Shown in pieces: positions 53,235-61,778 of a stretch of 64,000 nt of DNA. Every line of letters begins with the position of its first letter. Position 1 is the stretch's first letter. Source of the DNA: Candidatus Chisholmbacteria bacterium RIFCSPHIGHO2_01_FULL_52_32. GTDB taxonomy: Bacteria > Patescibacteriota > Microgenomatia > UBA1400 > Chisholmbacteraceae. The notes under the pieces are model-generated. The model was given only the letters and a program-made list of their open reading frames with translations. It did no database searches and had not been told where the DNA came from. Where the stretch lies: positions 522,681 through 586,680 of the forward strand of contig MHCJ01000003.1 of the NCBI GenBank assembly GCA_001816585.1. The letters are read 5' to 3'. The position numbers and the translations under genes were made by a program.

Positions 53235-55433
53235 TTAGGAATGGGCGAGGGGCAGTCTGCGTCTTAGGATGATAAAGAGAATTGCGAGCGGGATGAGACC
53301 GAGGAGCCAGGCAAGGTTCAGGTTCAGGACCTTGTTTCCTCCGGTCCCGGCTTCTGCGGCAGCTTCTTCTGTTTGCGAACCTTGGAGGGCACCGGCTACC
53401 AGCGACAGGAACGGATTTCCGGTTCGGACTGCGACCGTTGTGATTGTTCCGCCGCTGCCGGATGTTGTTTGGCTGGTACCCCCGCTATCTCCACTGCTGC
53501 TTCCGCCCCCGCTTCCGGATGAACTGGTTGATCCAGCATTCTGAGCTGAAGCCCCGCCAGTTCCCGGCTGATCTGCGATCGGATCGTGATTCTCTTTTGT
53601 ACTCCCCGGTGTGACAAAGTCCCCGAACCAGCTGCCGAAGACGTTGACGACGGTCACGAACAGCTTGCCGCCGCCAATGATGTTGTTGTTGACGAAGTTG
53701 ACAAGGTTGGCGATGACCTTGGCGTCACCCGTCGTGATTGAAGAATTTCCGCCGGTGTTTCGGGAAGCAGAGTTGCCGCCGGTGTTGGCAGAGAGATTGA
53801 GGTTGTTCGTGATATTGGCGGTATTGTTTTGGACGATCGTGTTATTTGATTCTTGGTTTATGGTGGCGTTGTTCGTAGAGTCGGACCCGTTCCCAGAATT
53901 GACCGCAGTGATCTCTCCCACCTCATTGATCGTGAACTCCGTACCGGCAGATCCTGCGAAGTTGGCGCCGTCGGGCGCGCCCAAGATCTTACCGATCCAT
54001 TGACCGGCTTCATTGACGATCACCAGCCACCAATTGCCGCCGATCACGTTTGAGTTTGCAATATTGAGGACCTGGGCATCGATTGAGGCGTCTCCAGTAG
54101 TCACCGAAGAGGTTCCGCCGGTGTTGCTGCTTGTCGAATTATCGCCGGTAGTTGCTGACAACCACAAGGCGTTGCTTATGTCAGCGGTGTTGAATTGGGA
54201 CACATCGTTTGAGGTGGTTTGCGTTACCTCTGCGGTGTTGGTTGATCCCGAACCGTTATCGAGATTTGCGACGTCAATCCCATAGGCCAGGAGCTCCTCC
54301 GGAAAGATGATGTCGCCGATAAGGTCTCCGAAGATATTGACGACAGCGTAGTAAACGTCTCCGGCGAGGTTGTTGTTGGCGAACGTCAGTGAGTTTGCCG
54401 ATACATTGGCGTCTCCGGTTACAATGGTAGAATCTCCACCTGTGTTCTTGTCGGTATCATTCTCGCCGCTATTCGATTCAAGCGTCATGGTATTCTCGAC
54501 CGTTGCGTCGTTGGTTTGAAAGGTCGCGTCGTTTACGGTTTGATCAACAGTTCCGGTGTTCGTCGAATCGCTCCCATTGCCGGAATTGACAACCTCTGTC
54601 GGCGTTCCGGCTGTGCAGCCGCCAATGATGCAGCTTGTGCTAAAGTCGAGGACAATGTCGCCGATATGGTCATCAGCGATGTTGAACTCGGCAACCGCCA
54701 CGCCATCGATGTTGGTGTTGACCGCGGTTATCAATGTTCCGGTGGTGTTGGCATCACCGGTTTCAATGGTTGAATTCCCGACGTTTTTGGAAGCGGAGTT
54801 GTCGCCGGTATTCGTATCGAGGTCGAGGTTATTCCCAACCGTTGCGCTGTTATTTTGGTTCGTGGTGGAATCATCTGAGATGGTTGCCGATCCGGTATTG
54901 GTTGAGCCCGAGCCATTCCCGTCGTTGATCACCGATATCCCGCCCGGGTCACTTCCGAGTGGTGTTAGTGAGGCGTTGGAGTTTGCCGAGGTGGTGACGG
55001 CTCCGGTTGTCGTTGCATTTCCTGTGTCGACTGCTGTATCTCCGACATTGCCATCTGCCGTTTCACCTTCTGAATCGCTCTCCTCGGAGGTCGTTTCGTC
55101 TTCGGATGTCTGTTCCGACTCATCTGAATTCCAGTCGTGTTCATCGTCATTTCCAGACCACTCTTCGTCTTCATTTGACTGCGAAGTTGAGTCTTCCAGC
55201 GTGGGTGCGTCCGGAGCGGTCGGGGCTTCCGGGGCGGTCGGGGCTTCCGGAGCAGAGGGTGCGGTTGGGGCTTCAGCCGTTGTGGCATCGGAAGAGGTCG
55301 GCGCAGTCGGAGCTTCCGGCGCTGTCGGAGCAGTCGGGTAATCGAAGGCCCATACGGGAGCAACACGCATTCCTACCAAGAGGATGATTGCGGCTATTGA
55401 GATGAGTTTGGACAATTTCCTGCTGTGCATCAC
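53235..55433 (-). CDS. large secreted repeat protein (same repeat family), N-terminal APTAPEAPTAP-rich linker, C-terminal TM helix + RRR tail
   Basis: About 6 repeats of ...NxAxVxNxxxLxxNTGxNxxxxNxGxSxIxTGDAxxxAxxL.FxNNN...; C-terminus AVRTGNPF...LIPLAILFIILRRRLPLAHS. Confidence 0.6.
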   Translation of the reverse strand: MMHSRKLSKLISIAAIILLVGMRVAPVWAFDYPTAPTAPEAPTAPTSSDATTAEAPTAPSAPEAPTAPEAPTAPDAPTLEDSTSQSNEDEEWSGNDDEHDWNSDESEQTSEDETTSEESDSEGETADGNVGDTAVDTGNATTTGAVTTSANSNASLTPLGSDPGGISVINDGNGSGSTNTGSATISDDSTTNQNNSATVGNNLDLDTNTGDNSASKNVGNSTIETGDANTTGTLITAVNTNIDGVAVAEFNIADDHIGDIVLDFSTSCIIGGCTAGTPTEVVNSGNGSDSTNTGTVDQTVNDATFQTNDATVENTMTLESNSGENDTDKNTGGDSTIVTGDANVSANSLTFANNNLAGDVYYAVVNIFGDLIGDIIFPEELLAYGIDVANLDNGSGSTNTAEVTQTTSNDVSQFNTADISNALWLSATTGDNSTSSNTGGTSSVTTGDASIDAQVLNIANSNVIGGNWWLVIVNEAGQWIGKILGAPDGANFAGSAGTEFTINEVGEITAVNSGNGSDSTNNATINQESNNTIVQNNTANITNNLNLSANTGGNSASRNTGGNSSITTGDAKVIANLVNFVNNNIIGGGKLFVTVVNVFGSWFGDFVTPGSTKENHDPIADQPGTGGASAQNAGSTSSSGSGGGSSSGDSGGTSQTTSGSGGTITTVAVRTGNPFLSLVAGALQGSQTEEAAAEAGTGGNKVLNLNLAWLLGLIPLAILFIILRRRLPLAHS

Positions 55434-55506
55434 GGTTATGAATAAAGAATTATGAATGATGAATTATGAATCAACTTTTAACTTTTCACTTTACACTTTT
55501 AATTTG
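55434..55506. repeat. composite intergenic repeat: type B (GAATTATGAATGATGAATTATGAATC) + type A (inverted)
   Basis: Type B also occurs at 10897-10929, 58661-58682 and 58720-58756. Confidence 0.6.
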
Positions 55507-55574
55507 ATATTCCCTTGGGCTGTGGGGCCCCGCAAATAGCTTCGTCAGCGGGGCTCCCACAAACCCATAAGGAT

Positions 55575-56867
55575 TTACGCTAACCCGAGGAGGTCCAATA
55601 GGTCGCTCAGATCAAGCGTTATGTTGATCGAGAACCCTCCCAGCCATTCCGGGAGCTCCCATTCGGGTGTTTCGCCGTAGACATTGGCATTTCCGGTATT
55701 TTCCAAATCAACGTCGACGGTGGCATCACCTGTCTCGACGGTCGGATCATCTCCCGGATCACCGGTGTTGTCCTCGGCTTCGTTGTCGCCGGTATCAGCG
55801 TCTGCCCAAACCTTATTATCGACTTCACATTCCTCTCGTCCATGATTTGTTTGAGCATCCAGTCCCAAATCGTCACAATTTCCTTGGAAAACTGCGAGTT
55901 CGTCCTCAAGCTCAAGCTCAATTTCGTTATCGGAGTCTTCTCCATTGCCGGCGATCTTGGCCAAAACATCAAACAGACAGCCGCAATCTACGTCTGCCCA
56001 GTTGAAGTTGACCATGTTGTCGATGTCAACGGTTGCCTCGGCATCACCGGTATCGATCAAGACCGATCCGCCGGTGTTATCCTCGGCGTCATTGTCTCCG
56101 GTGTCGGCATCCGCGCTCACTTTGTTGTAGATATCAGCAAAGTTGCTTTGGACGACTGCCAGTTCTTTTTCGAGTTCGATTTCGATCTCGTTATCACTGT
56201 CAGATCCATTGCCGATGATGCGCGCACTCAGGGTGCTTTCGCCATCGCTGCCTCCACCCACTCGGGCGGAGTTTGCGTTCGCGGATGTTGACAACGTCAC
56301 GCCAACCGTAGCGCTGCCGGTTTTGATTTCGACATCGCCGCCGGTATTGTCTTCTGCTTCGTTGTCACCGGTGTCGGCATCTGCATAGACTTTGTTGTCG
56401 ATCTCGGCTACGTTCGATTGGAAAACTGATATTCCTGTGTCTTTTTTCCAGGAATCATTGACTTCCACTTCGACTTCGTTATCCGAGCCTTCTCCGTTGC
56501 CTTCGATCAGAACATCAACGTCACCTGCCTGGCAACAATCAACGCTGGCAACATTGCTGTTTGCCTCGTTCTTGACATCTACGGTTGTCTCGGCATCGCC
56601 GGTATCAATTTTAACGTCGCCTCCGGTATTCCCTTCAGCATCGTTTCCACCGGTATCGGCGTCAGCATGGACTTCGTTGTAGATATCTGCATTATTGCTC
56701 TGAACGACTGTGGTTGACTGTTCCACTTCAACCTCTGCCTCATTGTCTGAATCGGAACCGTTCCCGGAGATCACGACTGTGTAATCAGCGAAAACCGGAA
56801 GGGCGGTATTGAAGAGTAAGGCACCGGTTGCAATTGCCGTTGCAAATTTCTTTTGCAATTTAGTCAT
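55575..56867 (-). CDS. secreted acidic repeat protein (same repeat family, 4 repeats, each ending in a Cys pair)
   Basis: Signal peptide; repeats GNGSDSDNExEVE...VQSNxADIYNxVxADADTGDNxAEDNTGGxVxIxTGDAExTVD...CC. Confidence 0.6.
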   Translation of the reverse strand: MTKLQKKFATAIATGALLFNTALPVFADYTVVISGNGSDSDNEAEVEVEQSTTVVQSNNADIYNEVHADADTGGNDAEGNTGGDVKIDTGDAETTVDVKNEANSNVASVDCCQAGDVDVLIEGNGEGSDNEVEVEVNDSWKKDTGISVFQSNVAEIDNKVYADADTGDNEAEDNTGGDVEIKTGSATVGVTLSTSANANSARVGGGSDGESTLSARIIGNGSDSDNEIEIELEKELAVVQSNFADIYNKVSADADTGDNDAEDNTGGSVLIDTGDAEATVDIDNMVNFNWADVDCGCLFDVLAKIAGNGEDSDNEIELELEDELAVFQGNCDDLGLDAQTNHGREECEVDNKVWADADTGDNEAEDNTGDPGDDPTVETGDATVDVDLENTGNANVYGETPEWELPEWLGGFSINITLDLSDLLDLLGLA

Positions 56868-56917
56868 TTTTTCTGTTCACCTCCCTTCAAACGAATTTTG
56901 CGAGTAATCTCGCAATC

Positions 56918-57009
56918 TCCTTCGATTTCACTCAGGACAGGCCTTCGACTCCGCTCCCTCCTTCTCCGCCAGCTGGCGGATCAGGGTCGTTTCCAGGAGG
57001 TCCTGGAAA
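56918..57009. repeat. composite element: two type-E motifs (CCTTCGAYTNNRCTCAGGACAG) + palindrome CCGCCAGCTGGCGG + hairpin TTTCCAGG-AGGT-CCTGGAAA
   Basis: Related composites at 58481-58540 (type E + CCGCTAGCTGGCGG) and 34804-34880. Isolated type-E copies at 21952-21975 and 53204-53227. Confidence 0.55.
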
Positions 57010-57124
57010 CGAAAACGGAGGCCTTGTTACCCCCCTTCCCTCTTAAGGAAAGAGTTTTTGAGATAACAGTGCCTCCGTTTGCGGTTGGCTATCTGATCTT
57101 TAGTTTTTAAATATCGGTCTTATT

Positions 57125-57143
57125 GATACTATTTTATAGTATC
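57125..57143. promoter_or_regulatory. palindrome GATACTAT-TTT-ATAGTATC upstream of the 55575..56867 operon (candidate operator)
   Basis: 8-bp inverted arms sharing the ATACTAT/ATAGTAT half-sites with 23402-23422. Confidence 0.4.
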
Positions 57144-57156
57144 TTTTTCACTGTCT

Positions 57157-57366
57157 TTATTGCTTTTGAAATCCTTTTTTGATTCCAAAACCGTTGGTTT
57201 TTTTGATATTGCGTACAGTGATCTGTGTAACTGTGGAATTCTGGACGTAAATCTCAACACTGCCGTATGCATCAATGCTTTTTAGGGCTCTTGATACTTC
57301 TTCAATAAGCGACCTCGTGATTCGCTTCGTCGAATAATCGGCCATTGTAACCAATGGATCCAACAT
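57157..57366 (-). CDS. YezD/DUF2292-like small protein
   Basis: 69 aa; ...GSVEIYVQNSTVTQITVRNIKK resembles the YezD family. Confidence 0.35.
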   Translation of the reverse strand: MLDPLVTMADYSTKRITRSLIEEVSRALKSIDAYGSVEIYVQNSTVTQITVRNIKKTNGFGIKKGFQKQ

Positions 57367-57480
57367 CTTGCTTACGGGGCAGGTTTTTCTTGAGATCTTT
57401 GGGAAAGACTCATAAAAACTATATATTCTCCAATATCCTTTGTCAAGAGTGACTTTTTTTCAATTACTCTCGGCTAATTC

Positions 57481-58056
57481 TTAAAAATTCAGTTCCACTT
57501 TTTGTTTTTCTCCCTGAATCTCTCCGACATAGATTGCCAGGTTTTTATCCGTGTCGTTTATGGGAAATCCAACTCTGGTGAACTTGGTTGAGTCAGCCTG
57601 GACCTGAACCGGATCGTTGTGAATGTCCGGGGCGAGCTTCTCGCCCTCATTGTTGTTAACGGTCAGACGAACGTAATTCTTGCTGTCTACTTCGATCGAC
57701 TGGTTATATGAATTGGTGATTTTTAGGGTTAGGATAAGGAATGTTCTGCCTCTCACCGAAGTTGCACGTTGGCCTTTGACAATGATTTCATCCCGAAGCT
57801 CCGCATTCTCAAAGGTGAATTTGATCTTACTCACTTCTTCTCCGCTAGCATCCTTTAACGGAAACTCAAAATCACGGTTAAGGGCGATTGCGGCTTTGGC
57901 TCCGGCAACCTGGACCCGCTTGTCCTGAAAGCCATTCTTCAGCCCCGAGCCCAGCTTTCCCCCTCTTTTCAGTATCAAGCCGATGCCGATGAGTAGGAGA
58001 ACAATAATCAGCGCAAGAAAAACTTTTTTATTGAATTTGATGTTCCTTCGCTTCAT
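57481..58056 (-). CDS. DUF4352-like membrane-anchored beta-sandwich protein
   Basis: Start at MKRRNIKF; TM helix; ...LTLKITNSYNQSIEVDSKNYVRL. Confidence 0.55.
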   Translation of the reverse strand: MKRRNIKFNKKVFLALIIVLLLIGIGLILKRGGKLGSGLKNGFQDKRVQVAGAKAAIALNRDFEFPLKDASGEEVSKIKFTFENAELRDEIIVKGQRATSVRGRTFLILTLKITNSYNQSIEVDSKNYVRLTVNNNEGEKLAPDIHNDPVQVQADSTKFTRVGFPINDTDKNLAIYVGEIQGEKQKVELNF

Positions 58057-58809
58057 TCTTTGGGAAAGTATGTCCAAGCGTTCTCGAATGGAGGATTTTC
58101 GAACCGTTTGGGTCAGCGGAGTAAAGAAAGCGGTAACACCGAGTTTGATTTGGGCCCAACTGACACGGAATCCGTTTGTGGCAAACGGTATACCTTGCAA
58201 AGTTTCTGAAGATGTTAATTTTCTTTGCATATAAAAAACCCTCTCTTACAAGCAGGGCACTTCATTATCTTAAAGTATGCGTATACTACCCGAAAGCGCA
58301 TTGGCTTGTCAATAGAGCAGATTTTTCATTGTTCAATTGCTACATTGTTCTATTGTTACAGAACTGACCACTTCTTTACTTGTCTAAAGTTTTATGCCCA
58401 TTCTTTGTTCGTCCAAAGAATGGGCTAAGAAAGGACGCCCTGTGAAGCCTTGCCGGCGATTCCTCTGGCTCGACGGTGGGAGCCCTTCGGCTTCGCTCAG
58501 GGCATTTCATTACCCTCGGAAATTCACCGCTAGCTGGCGGTTCAGTTTCCGTATCCCACTCGTCTCGCCCTCGAATCGCAACTGCAGCGGCTTCAAAAGG
58601 GAGAGAGAACTCTTAGGTGAATTCTTCTTGAAGAAATTGTTCAAAGGGGTTTCTAATTCGTAATTCATGATTCATAATTCTTTCTTTTGGCTGCGTTCAA
58701 AGGTGTCTTTGCATCATCCATAATTCATGATTCATAATTCATGATCCGTGATTTCTAAACACTCTATGTTTGATCAATAATGATGAAGCTCAAAAGGAGA
58801 AACGAAGGT

Positions 58810-59319
58810 TTAGGTGGAGGTGATGGAGACTTTGATTTCGGTGGTAGGATTTCCGGCTGGCTTTGTGATCTCAACCCGAATTTCGGTTTTCCCGTCCGCC
58901 CCGACGAGTTTGTTTAAGACATTGTCATTGGTCTTTGTCTTCACGAATGATTTGGTGTTCATTCCTAACCTAACAATTATTTCTTTGTACCAATCCGTAA
59001 TATCGTCCGAGTCATCATTGCTTTTAAGAACCAGGGAATTTTCGTTTGAACTTTCCTTCGTCGCATTCGGGTACTGGAAATTTGAGAGTAACGCTTCATC
59101 TTTCGGGGTCGGTTTAGCCTGCGGTTTTGTGGGTTGCGGTGATGGTAGAGGACTCGGTGTGGCTGTTGGCGCTTCTGTTTCTGTTGTTCCTGGCTTTTCC
59201 TCGACTGTCTGCTGAACTTTTGTTTCTTGTTGCTGTGAAACCTGATTGGTTCTTAATTCATTAAACACAGCGCCGGCGATTACGATGGTGACTGCGATGA
59301 TAGTGATGACAAGACTCAT
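58810..59319 (-). CDS. membrane-anchored hypothetical protein with a Pro/Thr-rich linker
   Basis: N-terminal TM helix; ORF only. Confidence 0.4.
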   Translation of the reverse strand: MSLVITIIAVTIVIAGAVFNELRTNQVSQQQETKVQQTVEEKPGTTETEAPTATPSPLPSPQPTKPQAKPTPKDEALLSNFQYPNATKESSNENSLVLKSNDDSDDITDWYKEIIVRLGMNTKSFVKTKTNDNVLNKLVGADGKTEIRVEITKPAGNPTTEIKVSITST

Positions 59320-59392
59320 CTTTTCCTTAAGGCTGAAGCGAGTTGATTATACACCCCTCTTTAAATTCGAAGCGCAAAGTTCTTTCGATCGC

Positions 59393-60775
59393 TTATTGGC
59401 AAGTGTAATGGCTGGGGATGTACCTGCACCACCACGGTTTTGAAGTCGGGGTTGGGGTCGGAGTAGGTGTCGGTTCTCCGGTTGGCGAAGGTGTCGGAGT
59501 CGGGGTGGGTGTGAGCGTGGGTAAAGGAGTTGGTGTGGGGGTGGGGGTTGGAGTTGATGTCGGCGTCGGGGTGGGCGGTGCGGATACAACTCCTCCGACT
59601 GCGGCCGCAGCGTTGACTCTTCCCGCGGACCAATAGGTACCGGTGCCCTGGATTTTATCCGCTGTTTGTTCGAGTCGGTCGCGGATTTGTTGGTTGGTAT
59701 CCGATGGGAATGTTGCCTTGATCAGCGCTGCGACGCCCGCCACGTGAGGCGTTGCCATACTCGTTCCGCTTAATGTATCGTAATCATTGTTCGGAATCGT
59801 TGAGATAATGTTGACACCCGGAGCGGCAATGTCCACCCAAGAGCCGTAGGAAGAGAAGGAAGCTTTTTTATCGTTTGCATCGGTCGCAGCAACCGCAATG
59901 GCCTTATCATAGTAGGCCGGGTACGAGCGTTGGGTGCTGCCGGAGTTCCCTGCTGCAGCGACTACGACTACTCCTTTCCCCCATGCGTAATTGACGGCAT
60001 CCTGCAACGCACTTGATCCCGAACTTCCTCCTAAACTCATGTTGATTACTTCGGCCCCGTTATCCGTCGCCCAGTAGATACCGTTTATGATCCACGAATA
60101 ATACCCTGCGCCTTGGTCATCGAGTACCTTCACCGAATAGAGGCGGGCGTTATAACCGGTACCGGCAATACCAAGGCCGTTATTTGTCAGTGCTGCTGCG
60201 ATGCCTGCAACATGAGTTCCATGGCCATCCCGATCATATCGGCTGGAGGACCTTGTATAGTTTTGCCACTCGTCTACTTTCCCTGTTACGTCGGGGTGGC
60301 TTTCGGCTATCCCGGTATCTAAGATAGCGATGTCAACCGATCCGTCGTGGGTCATATCCCACGCGCCCGGGGTTTGAGTCTTATATTGTCCCCACTGACC
60401 GGAGAACTGGGGGTCATTGGGGATCTCCAGTGCGTAGGCAAGCGCATCCGGCTCGGCGTACTCTACCCAAACGCTATCCTTGTATCGCTTGGCAATGGAA
60501 TCTTCTTGGCCTTCCGGAACTTGCACGACAACCGTGTTTGCGGGGAGGAGGGATTGAATCTCCTGGGTTCCGATGGTGTTATGGAGGGCGCTTCGAACAA
60601 GTTTGGGTACAAAGGAGCGGAAGCGGACAATCACCCGCTGGGTGGAAACGGTTGGCGGTGTTTGCGCTGACGGAGGATTGGGAGTTTGGGGAATGGTTCC
60701 GATTGCCCAGATACCTGTTGGGAGAACAAGAAGTGCAATCAGGAGAGTGAGACTCTTCAGCGATTGTCGCAGCAT
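59393..60775 (-). CDS. secreted S8 family serine peptidase (subtilase) with a (PT)n C-terminal tail
   Basis: Catalytic D (AILDTGI), H (GHGTHVAG), S (GTSMATPHVAG); PTPTPTSTPTPTPTPTP...WWCRYIPSHYTCQ. Confidence 0.85.
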   Translation of the reverse strand: MLRQSLKSLTLLIALLVLPTGIWAIGTIPQTPNPPSAQTPPTVSTQRVIVRFRSFVPKLVRSALHNTIGTQEIQSLLPANTVVVQVPEGQEDSIAKRYKDSVWVEYAEPDALAYALEIPNDPQFSGQWGQYKTQTPGAWDMTHDGSVDIAILDTGIAESHPDVTGKVDEWQNYTRSSSRYDRDGHGTHVAGIAAALTNNGLGIAGTGYNARLYSVKVLDDQGAGYYSWIINGIYWATDNGAEVINMSLGGSSGSSALQDAVNYAWGKGVVVVAAAGNSGSTQRSYPAYYDKAIAVAATDANDKKASFSSYGSWVDIAAPGVNIISTIPNNDYDTLSGTSMATPHVAGVAALIKATFPSDTNQQIRDRLEQTADKIQGTGTYWSAGRVNAAAAVGGVVSAPPTPTPTSTPTPTPTPTPLPTLTPTPTPTPSPTGEPTPTPTPTPTSKPWWCRYIPSHYTCQ

Positions 60776-60909
60776 GGAGGACTATCCTACTCCAAATAGC
60801 TCTCTTCCGTCAACGGTTATCAGCTTGAGTATTCTCTCCCCGTTATTCTCTGACGCCCCTAACTCCTCCGGGCAATCCAGGGGTTCTCCAGATACTCCCG
60901 GAGTAATCG

Positions 60910-61086
60910 GTACAGGTCCGACCTGTACAGCGCATATTATATGGCTTTTTGCTCTTACGTACAGGTGCGACCTGTATATCGGCGCCCACACAGCTTATCT
61001 CAAACGTCTCTATCTATGCGACGATCGAAAGCAGTTAACGACATATCCAGGCTAAGCGTCCGGGCATGTACGGGTGCGACCTGTAC
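60910..61086. repeat. cluster of three REP copies (60910-60928 spacer variant TCCGA; 60959-60977; 61068-61086 GTACGGG variant)
   Basis: Between the S8 protease start and the stop of the paralog-2 small gene. Confidence 0.8.
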
Positions 61087-61127
61087 ATGTACCGTACTGG
61101 GAATTGTTGCGAAGCCTCCAAACCGGG

Positions 61128-61628
61128 CTATGGAACAAGGAGTTTTTTGACGGGGCTGGTTTTGGATGACTTTCCACCGATAACGAAGATACTTCCGCTT
61201 CCCGGTTCATAGTCAGCTACGTATATTCCGGAGCTGTCCTCTGCCCAACAATAGATGACAAAGTCAGAGTAGTCACTAAAATATGTTCCAGTATATGTGT
61301 TTGTATTTATATTGAAAAGCTTAATGGCTTTACTTTGGCCGAAGTAAGCATTTTCCAAATCTATAGAGTACTGCTTATTTGGAGAGAAAAGCGGGAAGAG
61401 TTGGTCAGGTCCGGGATATACAGCATATCGAGCCTTGCAAATTTCTTCGACAACCGTCGGCGCCTTCTCGTTTTGGTTTTCCCAGATAAGCGTGGATGTT
61501 GGAAAAAAGATTCGGAAGCGAATGATTACGCTAATACTTAACAACACAACAATCGCCGAGATGATAGTTATCACTACAATCATAACGCTCTTTTTTCCTA
61601 TGAAATTTGCTGAGTTCTTAATGACCAT
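61128..61628 (-). CDS. small membrane-anchored protein, paralog 2
   Basis: Same architecture as 40068..40583 and the same C-terminal ...DYEPGSGSIFVIGGKSSKTSPVKKLLVP. Confidence 0.5.
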   Translation of the reverse strand: MVIKNSANFIGKKSVMIVVITIISAIVVLLSISVIIRFRIFFPTSTLIWENQNEKAPTVVEEICKARYAVYPGPDQLFPLFSPNKQYSIDLENAYFGQSKAIKLFNINTNTYTGTYFSDYSDFVIYCWAEDSSGIYVADYEPGSGSIFVIGGKSSKTSPVKKLLVP

Positions 61629-61778
61629 AGGATAGATGTCTCCGCATTATATTCGTGATTAAACTCTATCAAATTTGTTGTTTCTAGACTAGGGTAAGAT
61701 TCCTCGCTATGGGTTTGAAAAAATCTAACTCTCCGGTTAATTTCCTTATCTTTTGACACTAACTAATTCTTTCACTCT

